DNA from: Kiritimatiellia bacterium
GTDB taxonomy: Bacteria; Verrucomicrobiota; Kiritimatiellia; RFP12; UBA1067
Assembly: GCA_050949565.1 (NCBI GenBank)
Contig: JBMNFY010000008.1
Coordinates: 96,001 to 160,000 of the forward strand
DNA length: 64,000 nucleotides
Direction: 5' to 3'
Shown: piece by piece, positions 27,901-36,999 of the stretch
Position numbering within the stretch: position 1 is the stretch's first letter
Layout of the letters: every line of letters begins with the position of its first letter
The notes under the pieces: generated by a model
What the model saw: only the letters and a program-made list of their open reading frames with translations
Database searches by the model: none
Told to the model about the DNA's origin: nothing
Program-made: the position numbers and the translations under genes

Positions 27901-28601
27901 TCAATTTCTGGTACAGCAATGACGGACGCTTGCCGAGTCTCAATCAGATGCGCAATTACTTTTGCCATATTCCTAACACGCAAAGAATCGTTGACCCGAA
28001 TATCATGGCCAGATGGCGCCTACTGCCTTCGGAGCCCTTGAAGGCGAGCCCCCGCTACACCGGAACCGATTCGCTCGAATTCACCTGCCGTACGGCACTC
28101 TGCGGCCTCTTCTCCGAGGCCAACATGGCGGCGGCTGGTCCTCTGTCGGTCAGTGAGGTCGATACGCGGTTTCATCCCTGGCTTCATGTTTTTTCCATTT
28201 TCAAAGACGTGGATTTCACGACGCTTCATTTCAAAGACTGGAAAAACCAAAACGCAGTCCTGACGGGGAACTCACATGTGAAGGCCGCGATCTACTGGAA
28301 CAGCGAGGTCGCCTATCTGGTCTTGGGAAATCCCGAGTCGACGGAAAGGCAAACGTGTCGTTTCAAGCTTAACTTCGGGGCACTCGGTTGGCCCGAAGAC
28401 AACGGCACCTTTGAACTGACTCGTCTGCCCGAGACCCGAGGAAGTGTCCGCACCATATCGTATGAGTCCTTAACAACCGGAGGGATGCCAGAGGATCTGG
28501 GTGCCTTCGAATACCGTGTCTTTAAAATCAAAAACACAAAGCTAACCGCACGAATGGTAGGCAATGAAATCCTCCGCCGAGTAAAGACGCAGGACAGATA
28601 G
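24993..28601 (+). CDS. Large secreted protein with a C-terminal putative glycoside hydrolase barrel (start uncertain, 24879-25020)
   Basis: Signal peptide; WHRNGVKVVPF, LDGFYFDF and WVGE motifs; codon style differs from flanks. Confidence 0.65.
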   Translation: MQVQTTFVGMVKSGRFLFRVFLAIFFVLPLGAAESRMTFPAVARFVVCDDGTVDFGIAADTGALRYYRVEKKSPLIEYFSLSEGTLAQVGFAKGQWKYGWTEGKLQVNSGRVAPDSIGGERDALGGRPVIQPATVATENGAAEFEIRGKLLSDWTETVSFSNSPSGRSLSVRCKRPVPLEKPEGVSFSVKFMRWINEQDVHFTAVFSDGRREALPPEKAVAAAKVLVSFSQIGRRLELAAAKAVSVSLSKNIRPVGGSVLVFDMGGSSDFEIDVLDVETAITRQAGNLKVGVNRDNGTSYVTSGAMPLVSLEAFEQDETQALSGTVARSGWTVEGGGDPDLTVKASGKIVNDWSESISLTHDTVSYVFETSGKGGGGVRLKFPYWLVGSSCETVPPDDSTRQTASGGIPLRIGADMPFGEFQKGSGLLVWLTNTEQLHVKFDSPCAVMSYRGLRGCQKERVVPVSLHSFPPGGLELWPLSKEPLKFTLEYRQDSRQEMSVAELEKAAPYQTNDSVRISLSDSGALVVSPWWEVFHDRQTGGLLSSVKFKGGSGKNILAAPEKFYLMADGAEFSSLNEGAASFIVDGRSLIVSGKPTARDGADCGAFYVTRYDYSDGYIRRTTVFHPVKETKVNRLGVLRLDFIPELDECGYKPIVAAFKKAIFPGPPISHDEGLGGGFLSVFKSGAEGMDFVPGPERRQWTDQIQASPTEKSFQISGNESGGASIIVEPYSSANRQIRIKQSVCFDYYLGLPKLQRTFRKHYFPLRYQLWWFKKDWVNDEMIADSAEAGVNLAIDGNYGANWAGEAVPKEFSEKERMSFEVNKKRVDAWHRNGVKVVPFIGKGLFKDTVLPDHDKLMLWCMMRDDFKPAPTPWGYKMCHSSGDFDRYYKRFLSEWADALRLDGFYFDFCEPQGPCFNFNHSRFAHSDVDEFMNFMQWARSKFDVVYGHTGYYPTIMCENLVDLTWVGEEINFWYSNDGRLPSLNQMRNYFCHIPNTQRIVDPNIMARWRLLPSEPLKASPRYTGTDSLEFTCRTALCGLFSEANMAAAGPLSVSEVDTRFHPWLHVFSIFKDVDFTTLHFKDWKNQNAVLTGNSHVKAAIYWNSEVAYLVLGNPESTERQTCRFKLNFGALGWPEDNGTFELTRLPETRGSVRTISYESLTTGGMPEDLGAFEYRVFKIKNTKLTARMVGNEILRRVKTQDR

Positions 28602-28648
28602 TTCCCTTTGGCGTTTACGAATCGTCATTAACCGCCTATACTACACGC

Positions 28649-30004
28649 ATGGTTAAACAACGGTCGCATGCGAGCGTCAAGAAGATCGCCCGGCGGAAGA
28701 TTCCCCAGGTCGCGATCTTGCTGGAGTCGTCGCACGAAATCTCGCGCGGCATGATCCGCGGCATTCTTGCATATGTGCGCCTTTACGGACCGTGGGCATT
28801 GCATCTCGAATCCGGCGGGTGGAGCGACCAAAAACTGCCGGGCCTAAATGTGTGGCGCGGCGACGGCATCATCGCCCGGATTCCGTCCCCAGAGGTCGCC
28901 GCAGATGTGGTCACGGCCCAGTTGCCCACAGTCCTGATCGACCCTGTGGACGCCTACCTCGACCCCTGCCATCCGCTTTCCCGCTACGACCGGGTCGAGT
29001 GCGATTCGGCCGGAGTGGCGCGCCACGCCGCCGACTACTATCTCGCCAACGACTTCACGCACTTCGCGTTTGTGGGCGAGCCTACAGGCTTGAACTGGTC
29101 GCGCCGACGGCAAGAGGCATTTATCCGGCGACTCGGTGAAGCGGGATATTCATGCGCGGTGTATCCGCCTCCGACTGACGCCGAACGTGCCGAGTGGGAG
29201 ATCGAACGCCAGCGCATGAGCCGTTGGCTGCGCAAGCAGCCCAAGCCGCTTGCCGTCTTCGCGGCCAACGACGCACGCGGCCGCCAAGTCCTGAACGCCT
29301 GCCTGACCGCCAACCTGCCGGTACCGTACGAGATCGCGGTACTGGGCGTGAACAACGATGTCATGATTTGCGAAACCAGCCTGCCGCCGCTCTCGAGCGT
29401 AGCGGTCGATATGGAGCAAGCAGGCTATACGGCGGCCGAACTGCTGGACCACCTGATGCGCAAAACCCAGCGCGGCCAGCAGTGCGTGCTCTTCAAACCT
29501 CTGGGAGTGGTAGCGCGCGCTTCCACACAGCGCCTGCAGGTCAACGACCGCCTCGTGATCCGCGCGTTGGAATATATCCGCATCAACGCGGGCCTGAACA
29601 TCCGCGTCTCCGACGTGGCCGACCATGTCGGCGTAACACCGCGCTGGCTGCAAAAAAGGTTCGCGCAAACGTTGGCGCGCTCGATGATGGATGAGATTCA
29701 ACGCGTACGCATGAACACGGTCTATTCACTGGTTGCTGAATCCGGTCTCTCATTTGCAGAAATCGCATGTCGCTGCGGTTTCACCAGCGCCAACCACCTC
29801 GGCGTACTTTTCCGAAAAACCTTCGGCGCGACCATGAGCGAGCACCGCAACCTGAACGCGCCACAGTCCTGCTTTTCATATCCGTCTCCTTCCATTGCAA
29901 CGGCAATGGCCGCGTCACACACTTCGAGAAGAGTACGCAGTAAGCGTAACCAACATCCCGCAAGTACGCAAGTGCGAAACCAAATTCGGGGGCGAATCGG
30001 TTAG
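28649..30004 (+). CDS. XylR-type regulator (LacI-like sensor plus AraC HTH) with an aberrant read-through tail
   Basis: DGIIAR, VFAANDARG, VPYEIAVLGVNND, PPLSSV and EIACRCGF..FRKTFGAT motifs. Confidence 0.92.
   Translation: MVKQRSHASVKKIARRKIPQVAILLESSHEISRGMIRGILAYVRLYGPWALHLESGGWSDQKLPGLNVWRGDGIIARIPSPEVAADVVTAQLPTVLIDPVDAYLDPCHPLSRYDRVECDSAGVARHAADYYLANDFTHFAFVGEPTGLNWSRRRQEAFIRRLGEAGYSCAVYPPPTDAERAEWEIERQRMSRWLRKQPKPLAVFAANDARGRQVLNACLTANLPVPYEIAVLGVNNDVMICETSLPPLSSVAVDMEQAGYTAAELLDHLMRKTQRGQQCVLFKPLGVVARASTQRLQVNDRLVIRALEYIRINAGLNIRVSDVADHVGVTPRWLQKRFAQTLARSMMDEIQRVRMNTVYSLVAESGLSFAEIACRCGFTSANHLGVLFRKTFGATMSEHRNLNAPQSCFSYPSPSIATAMAASHTSRRVRSKRNQHPASTQVRNQIRGRIG
29861..29956 (-). pseudogene. 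Remnant 5' end and upstream region of a paralog of the 24606 gene
   Basis: Diverged direct copy of 24588-24650 plus 24757-24785, with RBS and codons for MKSRTV. Confidence 0.7.
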
Positions 30005-30017
30005 CTTAAAAAGAGCA

Positions 30018-30178
30018 GTTGAACCTTGAACTCTCTTTGGTTTCTGGTTTCAAGGTTTCATGGTTTCATCCAAATCGGGATCGGGATCGCTATCGGGATC
30101 GATTGTTTAACCACGGAACACACCGAACACACGGAAAGGCATGGCTCTGTTTTTAGTGCCTTCGTGTGAGAAAAACTG
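30018..30178. repeat. Mosaic repeat cluster
   Basis: (GGTTTCA/T)n, (ATCGGG)n, AACCACGGAACACACCGAACACACGGAA and TTCGTGTGAGAAA modules shared with other clusters. Confidence 0.8.
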
Positions 30179-30179
30179 T

Positions 30180-30890
30180 TCAGTCCGCGTCGGGCTGACG
30201 CGCGCGCAGATCCGGACGATGTCGGAGCAGTTCCTCGACGATCCCGGTCATGCCCGCGAAATGCCAGCCGTCCAGTTTGAGCCGACGGCCGTCCTTGAGC
30301 GTCAGGCGCACGATACCTTTCTCGTCCCACCGGGCCCAATCGGCGGCCTGAATCTCGTCGTAGCCGATCGGCTGCGTGCCTATCCCGCTTCCGTGCAACC
30401 CCGTGTCATCCGCCACAAATCTCCGGGGCGCTTTGATGCCCACCGCCGCAAACGCGCAGAGGGCGAGCACCAGCGTCACGGCGGCCTGAACGAACTGCGT
30501 TTGCAGATCGCGGGCGCTGTAAATCGGTTGTTCCAGCGTCTTGCGTACCTGCTCAAGTTGGGCAACCCGCGCGGCGTCGCGGTCTGGCGTCGAATCAGGA
30601 ATCCGCAACTCACTCAATTTACGCGTCAGTTTAGACGGAGCCTTAGCCGCGCCGCGCGCGCGGAATGCCGCATCCAGCCGCGTACCGCGTTCTCCATCGT
30701 CCTGCGACAACCACGCCTCGGCGGTCAGGTTGGTCGCCAGCAACGCCGGGCGCACCTGCTCCATGACACGGTTCTGGCGGGGCCACGCCACCCTGCCGTC
30801 GTACAGCGACCAGAGGCAGATCCCTAACAGCAGCGCCCCGACTCCCGCGACGCGCACGGCGTATTCTCGATTCAATTTCGCTTCGGCCAT
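30180..30890 (-). CDS. Hypothetical membrane protein (2 TM)
   Basis: GGAGGA RBS before MAEAKL; two hydrophobic segments; last gene of the minus-strand run. Confidence 0.7.
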   Translation of the reverse strand: MAEAKLNREYAVRVAGVGALLLGICLWSLYDGRVAWPRQNRVMEQVRPALLATNLTAEAWLSQDDGERGTRLDAAFRARGAAKAPSKLTRKLSELRIPDSTPDRDAARVAQLEQVRKTLEQPIYSARDLQTQFVQAAVTLVLALCAFAAVGIKAPRRFVADDTGLHGSGIGTQPIGYDEIQAADWARWDEKGIVRLTLKDGRRLKLDGWHFAGMTGIVEELLRHRPDLRARQPDAD

Positions 30891-30903
30891 CACTCCTCCC
30901 GAT

Positions 30904-31860
30904 TTACCAGAATCCATATTGACGCGAGACGATCACATACACGCCCAACGCCAGATTGGTCACGCCATGGGCAAGCGCTGCCGCCCAGATATCGCCCGTG
31001 CGCACCGCCAGCCAGCCATAGACCACGCCCGCCAACAGCCCGGCCGCCCAGCGGTCATGTTCCAACGCAAAGACCACGGCCACCGTCCAAAAGGCCTGCA
31101 TGTCGAACACACCCAACGGCACCGTCCAAAAGGCGCCCTGTCTAAGCCAGCGATAGAAAAAACCGCGGAAAAAGAACTCCTCGATGACCGCGATGACGGC
31201 AGCCGAACCGACCAGTTTCAGCAGCGTCAGCACCCAACCGGCCTGCTCCGGCGCAAAGGCCAGCGAGATATGGCCGGGCGGCAACGGCGGCGACAGATCG
31301 GGATTGAAGTAGCCGGGTAGCGTACCGGGCATCATGATCAGCCAGCGGTGGTAAAACAACTGAAAGCCGGGCGCGATACGACCGACCCATGGCGTCTCCG
31401 GCAGGATCCACAGCAACGCCACCACCATACCCGCAGCCAGCGCCAACGGCACATGGCGCAGCCGCAGTGCCGGATAGACGCGCCACGGACGCAGCCACAA
31501 AAAAAGAGCCGCGCACACGACTGATTTGAGCGCGTAGCTCCACGGGTAGACCATGCGCGGCACTTCGCCCACGCTCTCCCAAATTTGCAGCGCAAAGATG
31601 ACCGCAAGCCACACCGCGAACGGCACGACATGTCCGGCTACCACGTTGATGGCAGGAGGCGTGCGAGTCGAGCGCGTGTTTTGTGCGCGCTCAGTCGGGA
31701 GCAATTTGGAGTGCGGTGACAAGAGCCGCGCTGTGCGCGGGTCACGGCACCGCTTTCCCTCCGCGCTATGCGCGGAAGGCGGCTCGTGGGGACACTCGCC
31801 CTCCATTGCCGCGCTCCAGCGGCCCGTGGGGACACTCGCCCTCCAAATCATGTTGATCAT
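30904..31860 (-). CDS. CAAX prenyl protease-related (CPBP/Abi) protein; start uncertain
   Basis: IEEFFFRG, FALEH and AHGVTN motifs, C-terminal W; N-terminal region is made of REP-like DNA. Confidence 0.85.
   Translation of the reverse strand: MINMIWRASVPTGRWSAAMEGECPHEPPSAHSAEGKRCRDPRTARLLSPHSKLLPTERAQNTRSTRTPPAINVVAGHVVPFAVWLAVIFALQIWESVGEVPRMVYPWSYALKSVVCAALFLWLRPWRVYPALRLRHVPLALAAGMVVALLWILPETPWVGRIAPGFQLFYHRWLIMMPGTLPGYFNPDLSPPLPPGHISLAFAPEQAGWVLTLLKLVGSAAVIAVIEEFFFRGFFYRWLRQGAFWTVPLGVFDMQAFWTVAVVFALEHDRWAAGLLAGVVYGWLAVRTGDIWAAALAHGVTNLALGVYVIVSRQYGFW
31706..31845. repeat. REP-like palindrome cluster
   Basis: GGAGTGCGGTGACAAGAGCCGCGC.. (inverted copy at 58756-58808) and two CGTGGGGACACTCGCCCTCCA (inverted copy at 44430). 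Confidence 0.85.
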
Positions 31861-31910
31861 GCCCACTGCCCACTGCCTACTGCCTACTGCCTGTTGCTTA
31901 TTGCTTACTG
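31861..31910. repeat. GCCTACT-family heptamer array
   Basis: About 7 degenerate units overlapping the stop of the 33386-31905 gene; same family at 33394-33432. Confidence 0.85.
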
Positions 31911-33386
31911 CTCTCCGGCCTTTTTCCACTCGTCGAGCTGTTCCTGCGTGGGTGCCGAGATGATCTCGAACAGGTGCCATGTGCCGAACGCTCCGGCGAA
32001 GAGTAGACGGTCACCGCCGTGCCGGTAGATATCAGGGTGTTTCCAGAAGACGCTCTCCGCGCGTACCGGACCTTCGGGACAGGGCACCAGCACGTAGAGG
32101 TTCTGGCCCTTGTAGGCGCGCCGTACCGAACCCACGTGCAGGTCCATGTTCGCCACCAACCGCTCGCCGGTGTAGTTGCGCAGCAGATCAAGTCCAGCGT
32201 AACCAAGCACGAAGACGCGCCCATATTTGGTACGCGCATTGACGTACTCCTCCACCTCCCGGCAGATCTGCTCGCGCGGCACCACCGCAACAGGCGCAGG
32301 CGCACTACCCAGCCACAATGTGGTGAGCCAGACAAAAAGGGCCAACGCAACCGCCAAGCGGTAAACCGGTTGCCGCAGGCGCGCCAACACAATCATCAGT
32401 ATCGAAAGGAAGCACACGTGAAGCGTAGGTGCGTCCCATCCCAGACCGAAACGCCCCAGCACCTCGGTCGTGCAGACGAGCATCAGAGCGAACGAGATCA
32501 GAATGACCGAAGCCGCATGCGGACCGGCGCCGGTCTCGGCACGCTGCGCATCGCACAGCCACGTCAGGAACAGCGCGGGCAGCATCATCGCCCCCGGCAA
32601 CAGCATGGCCAGCGAAAAACGGGCAGGGTTCGGCACCAAGACATGCAGCGAGCGCAGGAAAAAGAGCGCGTCGCCCAGAATCAAACGGTTCAGCAACAGC
32701 CAGACGCCGGACATGTAGAGCAACGGCAGGCAACCGAGCAAGAACCACGCTTGAACGCGCCGCCGCGACTCGTCATCGCCGCAGGCCGCCAGTGGTATCA
32801 GCGCCACAGCGACACACGCAGGCGCGAAAAAGGGAAATCCGCACAGCACAAGAAAGGCACCCGCCGTACCGGCTGCCACCACATCGCGCAAACGGCGGAA
32901 GGCAGCCCAGTCGGCCAGCGAAGCCGCCGTCAGCAGGACGAGTCCCATCGTGAGCGGCGTGGTGAACTGCAACGCCTGCGGCTGACGCGCCACGATCATC
33001 ATCGCAGCAATGGCGGCCTGGGCCAGCACAATGCGCCAGCCCGACTGGCCGGTAGCCTTGACCGCCTCACGTACCGCCCAAAACGCGAAGAGCCACGCTA
33101 CAAAAAAGGCCACCCAGCCGGCCAACGGCTCCGACAGGAGCCACGCGAACGGCAGATAAACCAAAACCGGCAACGGGGCCGTCCAGCACGAACCGAAGAG
33201 CGCCTGACGCCCCTGGGTCGTACCCGCAAGCAGTTCACGACAGATGCCGGCCACCTGTGCGCCCGGTTCCCACGCCCCATCGTTCAGGCGCGCGAACGCC
33301 AACAACACGCCAGCCAGCACCACGGGCGTCACGAACCCCGTCAGCATGCGGACCCTGCGGTAACTTGTTCGATCTCCAGATTTCAT
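31905..33386 (-). CDS. Multi-TM membrane protein, possibly GT-C-like
   Basis: About 11 hydrophobic segments, WTAPLP motif, soluble C-terminal domain; follows the GT2 gene. Confidence 0.65.
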   Translation of the reverse strand: MKSGDRTSYRRVRMLTGFVTPVVLAGVLLAFARLNDGAWEPGAQVAGICRELLAGTTQGRQALFGSCWTAPLPVLVYLPFAWLLSEPLAGWVAFFVAWLFAFWAVREAVKATGQSGWRIVLAQAAIAAMMIVARQPQALQFTTPLTMGLVLLTAASLADWAAFRRLRDVVAAGTAGAFLVLCGFPFFAPACVAVALIPLAACGDDESRRRVQAWFLLGCLPLLYMSGVWLLLNRLILGDALFFLRSLHVLVPNPARFSLAMLLPGAMMLPALFLTWLCDAQRAETGAGPHAASVILISFALMLVCTTEVLGRFGLGWDAPTLHVCFLSILMIVLARLRQPVYRLAVALALFVWLTTLWLGSAPAPVAVVPREQICREVEEYVNARTKYGRVFVLGYAGLDLLRNYTGERLVANMDLHVGSVRRAYKGQNLYVLVPCPEGPVRAESVFWKHPDIYRHGGDRLLFAGAFGTWHLFEIISAPTQEQLDEWKKAGEQ

Positions 33387-33393
33387 TCCGATA

Positions 33394-33432
33394 GCCTATT
33401 GCCTACTGCCTATTGCCATTGCCTACTGCTAC
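33394..33432. repeat. GCCTACT/GCCTATT heptamer array
   Basis: Fills the gap between the GT2 stop and the next gene. Confidence 0.8.
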
Positions 33433-34880
33433 TCACTCGCGCCCTTGACCAACCCGTGCTGCGTTTTCTCCCACACGAACGGATCGTGGAAAAACTGGAA
33501 AAGCGCACGCCAGCCACTATAGCTCATCATCAACCAATAAATCGGCGTCAGCAGCGCCCACCACATGAGGTCGTCATTCTTGCGCTTGCAGCAACCGAGC
33601 AGATTGATGTAGATGAAAACAAAGTTGCCGAGGAAGAGGCAACCCGCACCAGCCGCAAAGATCGGCCCCGGGAACAGGTGCGAGACCCCCTCGGGCCGGA
33701 ACAAGAACCAGACCAGCGCCATCGCCCAGAAAATCGGATTGATCAGCACCGAGAAGGGGCCGCCGCCGATCAGCAACTGATAATGCAGGAAGTTGACGAA
33801 CCCCAGTTCGCGCGCAAGTTTCCACGGTCGGCGCATATGCACGAACCAAGTCTGGATATACCCCTTCTGCCAACGCGTCCGTTGCTTGATCCAGAAGGGC
33901 AACACACTGCACGCCTCCTCCCAAGTCGTGGTTTCCAGCATGCGTGTGGCATATCCGGCGCGCGCCAGCCGCACGCCGAGATCGCAATCCTCGGTAACAT
34001 TGTAGGCATCCCAACCCATCAGGTCGCGCAGAACATCAATCTTAAAGTGATTCGAGGTGCCGCCCAGCGGAATCACGGCCCTCATTGCGGACAGGCCCGG
34101 CAACTGCAAATCAAACCAGGCCGAGTATTCAGCCGTGAACCAGCGTGTCAGCACATTCTGACGCGGATTATAGTAGTTCAGGCGCGACTGCACGCAGACC
34201 ACATTTTCCGGCGATGCCTCGAAGGCCAGCACCGCCTTTTTGAGTTGATCCGTCTCCGGCATATCCTCGGCATCGTAGATCACCAGATATTCACCCTTGG
34301 CCAGATAGAGACCGATGTTGCACGCCTTGGGCTTAGTGCGCGGGAAAGAGGGCGGGATTTTGGTCACCCGAAAACCGGGCGGCATCGTTAACGTACGCGC
34401 GGCGTCGAGCGTGAGATCGTCGTCCTCCTCCAACAGAAACTGCACGTCCTTTTTATCCGCCGGATAGTCCATCGCAATCAGCGCGTTCAACATCTGCTTG
34501 AGGGTTTCCGGTTCCTTGTACATCGGCACCAGAATCGAGTAGATCGGCCACTCGCGCGGCTCGACGCTCGCGATCTCCTCAGGGGAAAAACGCATGATCG
34601 CCGACGGCGAAAGCGAGGCACGGATCACAGCAAACTTATACAGCGTGCTGATCACGTAAAAAAGCGTGCAAAAGCCAATCAGTATCTGCGCGGTCCGCAG
34701 CGGCGCAAAGATAAGCGCCACGACGATCACCAGCACGATCGCGACAATCGCCCGCTTCTGCTGACGCGTCATCGGCTGCGCGGCACTCCACTCCGGGCGA
34801 CGGCGCGCCAATTCAAGCGGATCAATATCCGCGATGTTCTTCACCGCTTCCCCCTTTTGTCGTCCAACACCGGTATCCAT
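33429..34880 (-). CDS. Processive GT2 glycosyltransferase (cellulose-synthase-like)
   Basis: TKPKACN, YDAED, TED, QRTRW (QxxRW) and WEKTQHG motifs with flanking TM helices. Confidence 0.92.
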   Translation of the reverse strand: MDTGVGRQKGEAVKNIADIDPLELARRRPEWSAAQPMTRQQKRAIVAIVLVIVVALIFAPLRTAQILIGFCTLFYVISTLYKFAVIRASLSPSAIMRFSPEEIASVEPREWPIYSILVPMYKEPETLKQMLNALIAMDYPADKKDVQFLLEEDDDLTLDAARTLTMPPGFRVTKIPPSFPRTKPKACNIGLYLAKGEYLVIYDAEDMPETDQLKKAVLAFEASPENVVCVQSRLNYYNPRQNVLTRWFTAEYSAWFDLQLPGLSAMRAVIPLGGTSNHFKIDVLRDLMGWDAYNVTEDCDLGVRLARAGYATRMLETTTWEEACSVLPFWIKQRTRWQKGYIQTWFVHMRRPWKLARELGFVNFLHYQLLIGGGPFSVLINPIFWAMALVWFLFRPEGVSHLFPGPIFAAGAGCLFLGNFVFIYINLLGCCKRKNDDLMWWALLTPIYWLMMSYSGWRALFQFFHDPFVWEKTQHGLVKGASE

Positions 34881-34983
34881 TGCTTACGGCCAATCCTCAT
34901 TGACTCATTAAAGATTTGGCGCAAGTGTACCATGTCTGCGCCATTCTGACCAGACGGCAAACTTACTTCAACTTGTTTTCGGG

Positions 34984-36818
34984 CTATGGATGGGGACGGT
35001 CAACACGGCGCCAATCCCCTGCAGGCACGTCGACCCCCTCAAAGACATAAGGGGCCGAACCGTGATTGACCACCACGCGCGTTCCTTGGGAATAGGTCGT
35101 CAGCGAAACCGTCGGAGTCAGCAGACGATGGTCGTCCATCAATGCGAATTGGAGGTCGGCGAGTTTCTCGAACTCGTCGTACCCCTTCTTGATGGCGGCG
35201 ACACCGGCTCGAAGCTCCTCATCGGTCGCACAGGTCAGGTCTTCCTTGCCCATCCAATTTGACTTTCCGGTGAGGAAGTTTGCGTACCACACGAAGAGCG
35301 GGCGCCCGCCGAACTCAATGAACTTGAGCCGCTTGTGCGGCGCCTTGATGGGATAGTTGAGTGTGCCGGTGAAGGGATTCGACAGGATGATGCCGTGGTA
35401 GACCAGTTGGAAGAGTGGCACGTGGCGATCCACCAAAGGCGTCTTCGCGTAATCGTTCGGTTCAAGCGGGAAGAAGTAGACGTACATGCAATAGTCGAGG
35501 TTACCCGCAAAACCGTCAAACGGCCCCTCGCTCTGCGTACCACCCACGGCGTCGCGCGTCACTTCCATCTGTTTCACGTACCAATCTAGGCTCTGGCGCG
35601 GGTTACAAGGATGGCGCGGATCATAGCAGATGCGCGGCTCGAGAATGGAATACACGTCGTGGTAGTGCAGTCCGCGGAAACCGAGATCCTTCATCATCTG
35701 CATGTTCTTGCGGGCGTAACGCTCATAGGCGCGCTGCGGACAGATTCGGAAAGCCTGTCCGCCACCCCAGGCCGTATGACTCGGCTGCAACGAGCCATCC
35801 TTTTCTTTAAGCAGATACTCCTCATCGAAGTCATCGGCAATCATATAGGCGCTAAAGAAGCAGGTATGACAGACGATCTGAAACCCCAGCGCGTTGGCTT
35901 CCGCAATCAGTGCGCGTAGCCTCGCTTCTCCACCCAGAACCGGCTCACCGGAAAGAGCTGCGGGTAGGCGCCGTCGTGCCCGCCCTTGTTCCAGCCCACA
36001 AGGCATATTTCCGCATGGTCGATCCCCTGGCGCTTGAACTCGCGGAGGATGTCGCCGCAGCGATCGAACGTGACAGCGGGATGGACGGGCGGTTCGTTTA
36101 AACGGGTCTGGAACGGTACGGGCGACGGCACCGGCTTCCACGCCTGACGCACGCGCACTTCAATGTTGGTGGCAGCAAGCGCAAGCTCGGGCTGGGACTT
36201 CATCCGTTCAAGAATCGGCTTGCAGGCGCCGCGGGACAACTGCCAATCACGGTACACGCGCGCCATCTGCGGATACTCCGCATCCAATGGCAGGAACGTG
36301 AACGCAATCTCAAAATCCTCATATGGCGCGTCACCTTTCAGGTGGTAGGTCGTATACATCCGGTAGGTGCCCGCCTCGGCCTTCACACGCGTCGAATAAC
36401 GCCATTGCATGGACTTCGCGATGGCGGCGAAAACGCAGGAGGGCGTCTTCATCCCGTAAAAAGGCATGTAGTTCCGGCCCTCAGTGGAGGCCACTTGCCC
36501 GGCTCGTTCGCGGAACGTCCCCAGACGCCCGTCAGGCAGCAAGAAGTATCCCGCATCGCCCTTCTTCGCCGCCGCGAAGTTTGGCCACAGCTCAACCCGC
36601 AAGCATCCCGCACCAATCCGGTCCGCTGGAATCATCAGTGACGCGGTATTGCCGCTGACAACCAACTCGACAATGTTGGTGTCAGCGCGACCGTCCGTGA
36701 AAACACGGACAACCTTCACATGACAGTCATGGGGCACCACCCCGCCGGCCACAAGAACGGCAGGAATAGCACCCAAAAGACAAACGGCCAGAAAACGAAG
36801 TCGGTGAGTTCGACACAT
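34984..36818 (-). pseudogene. DUF5696-like putative glycoside hydrolase; split by one frameshift near 35946
   Basis: GWNKGGHDGAYPQLFPV continues as EPVLGGEARL.. if one G is restored (GTG-(G)AG-CCG); signal peptide. May be an assembly indel. Confidence 0.75.
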
Positions 36819-36898
36819 GCTTGAATCCTCCGTTGGGGGAAACGGCACCACTTTACAGCTTGGGAAACCCGATCAAAAACGGGACGTGCGAACGAACC

Positions 36899-36990
36899 GG
36901 AGTGCGGTGCCGCGCTACGCCCGTCACCGCACCCCTCAAGTGCGCCGATCCATCGTTCGGCGTTCGATGTTCAGAGTCCGACGTTCGGCG
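36899..36990. repeat. Degenerate REP-like hairpin plus GCGTTCG heptamers
   Basis: GGAGTGCGGTG..CACCGCAC and CGTTCGGCGTTCGATGTTCAGAGTCCGACGTTCGG. Confidence 0.65.
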
Positions 36991-36999
36991 CCCCTTCCC

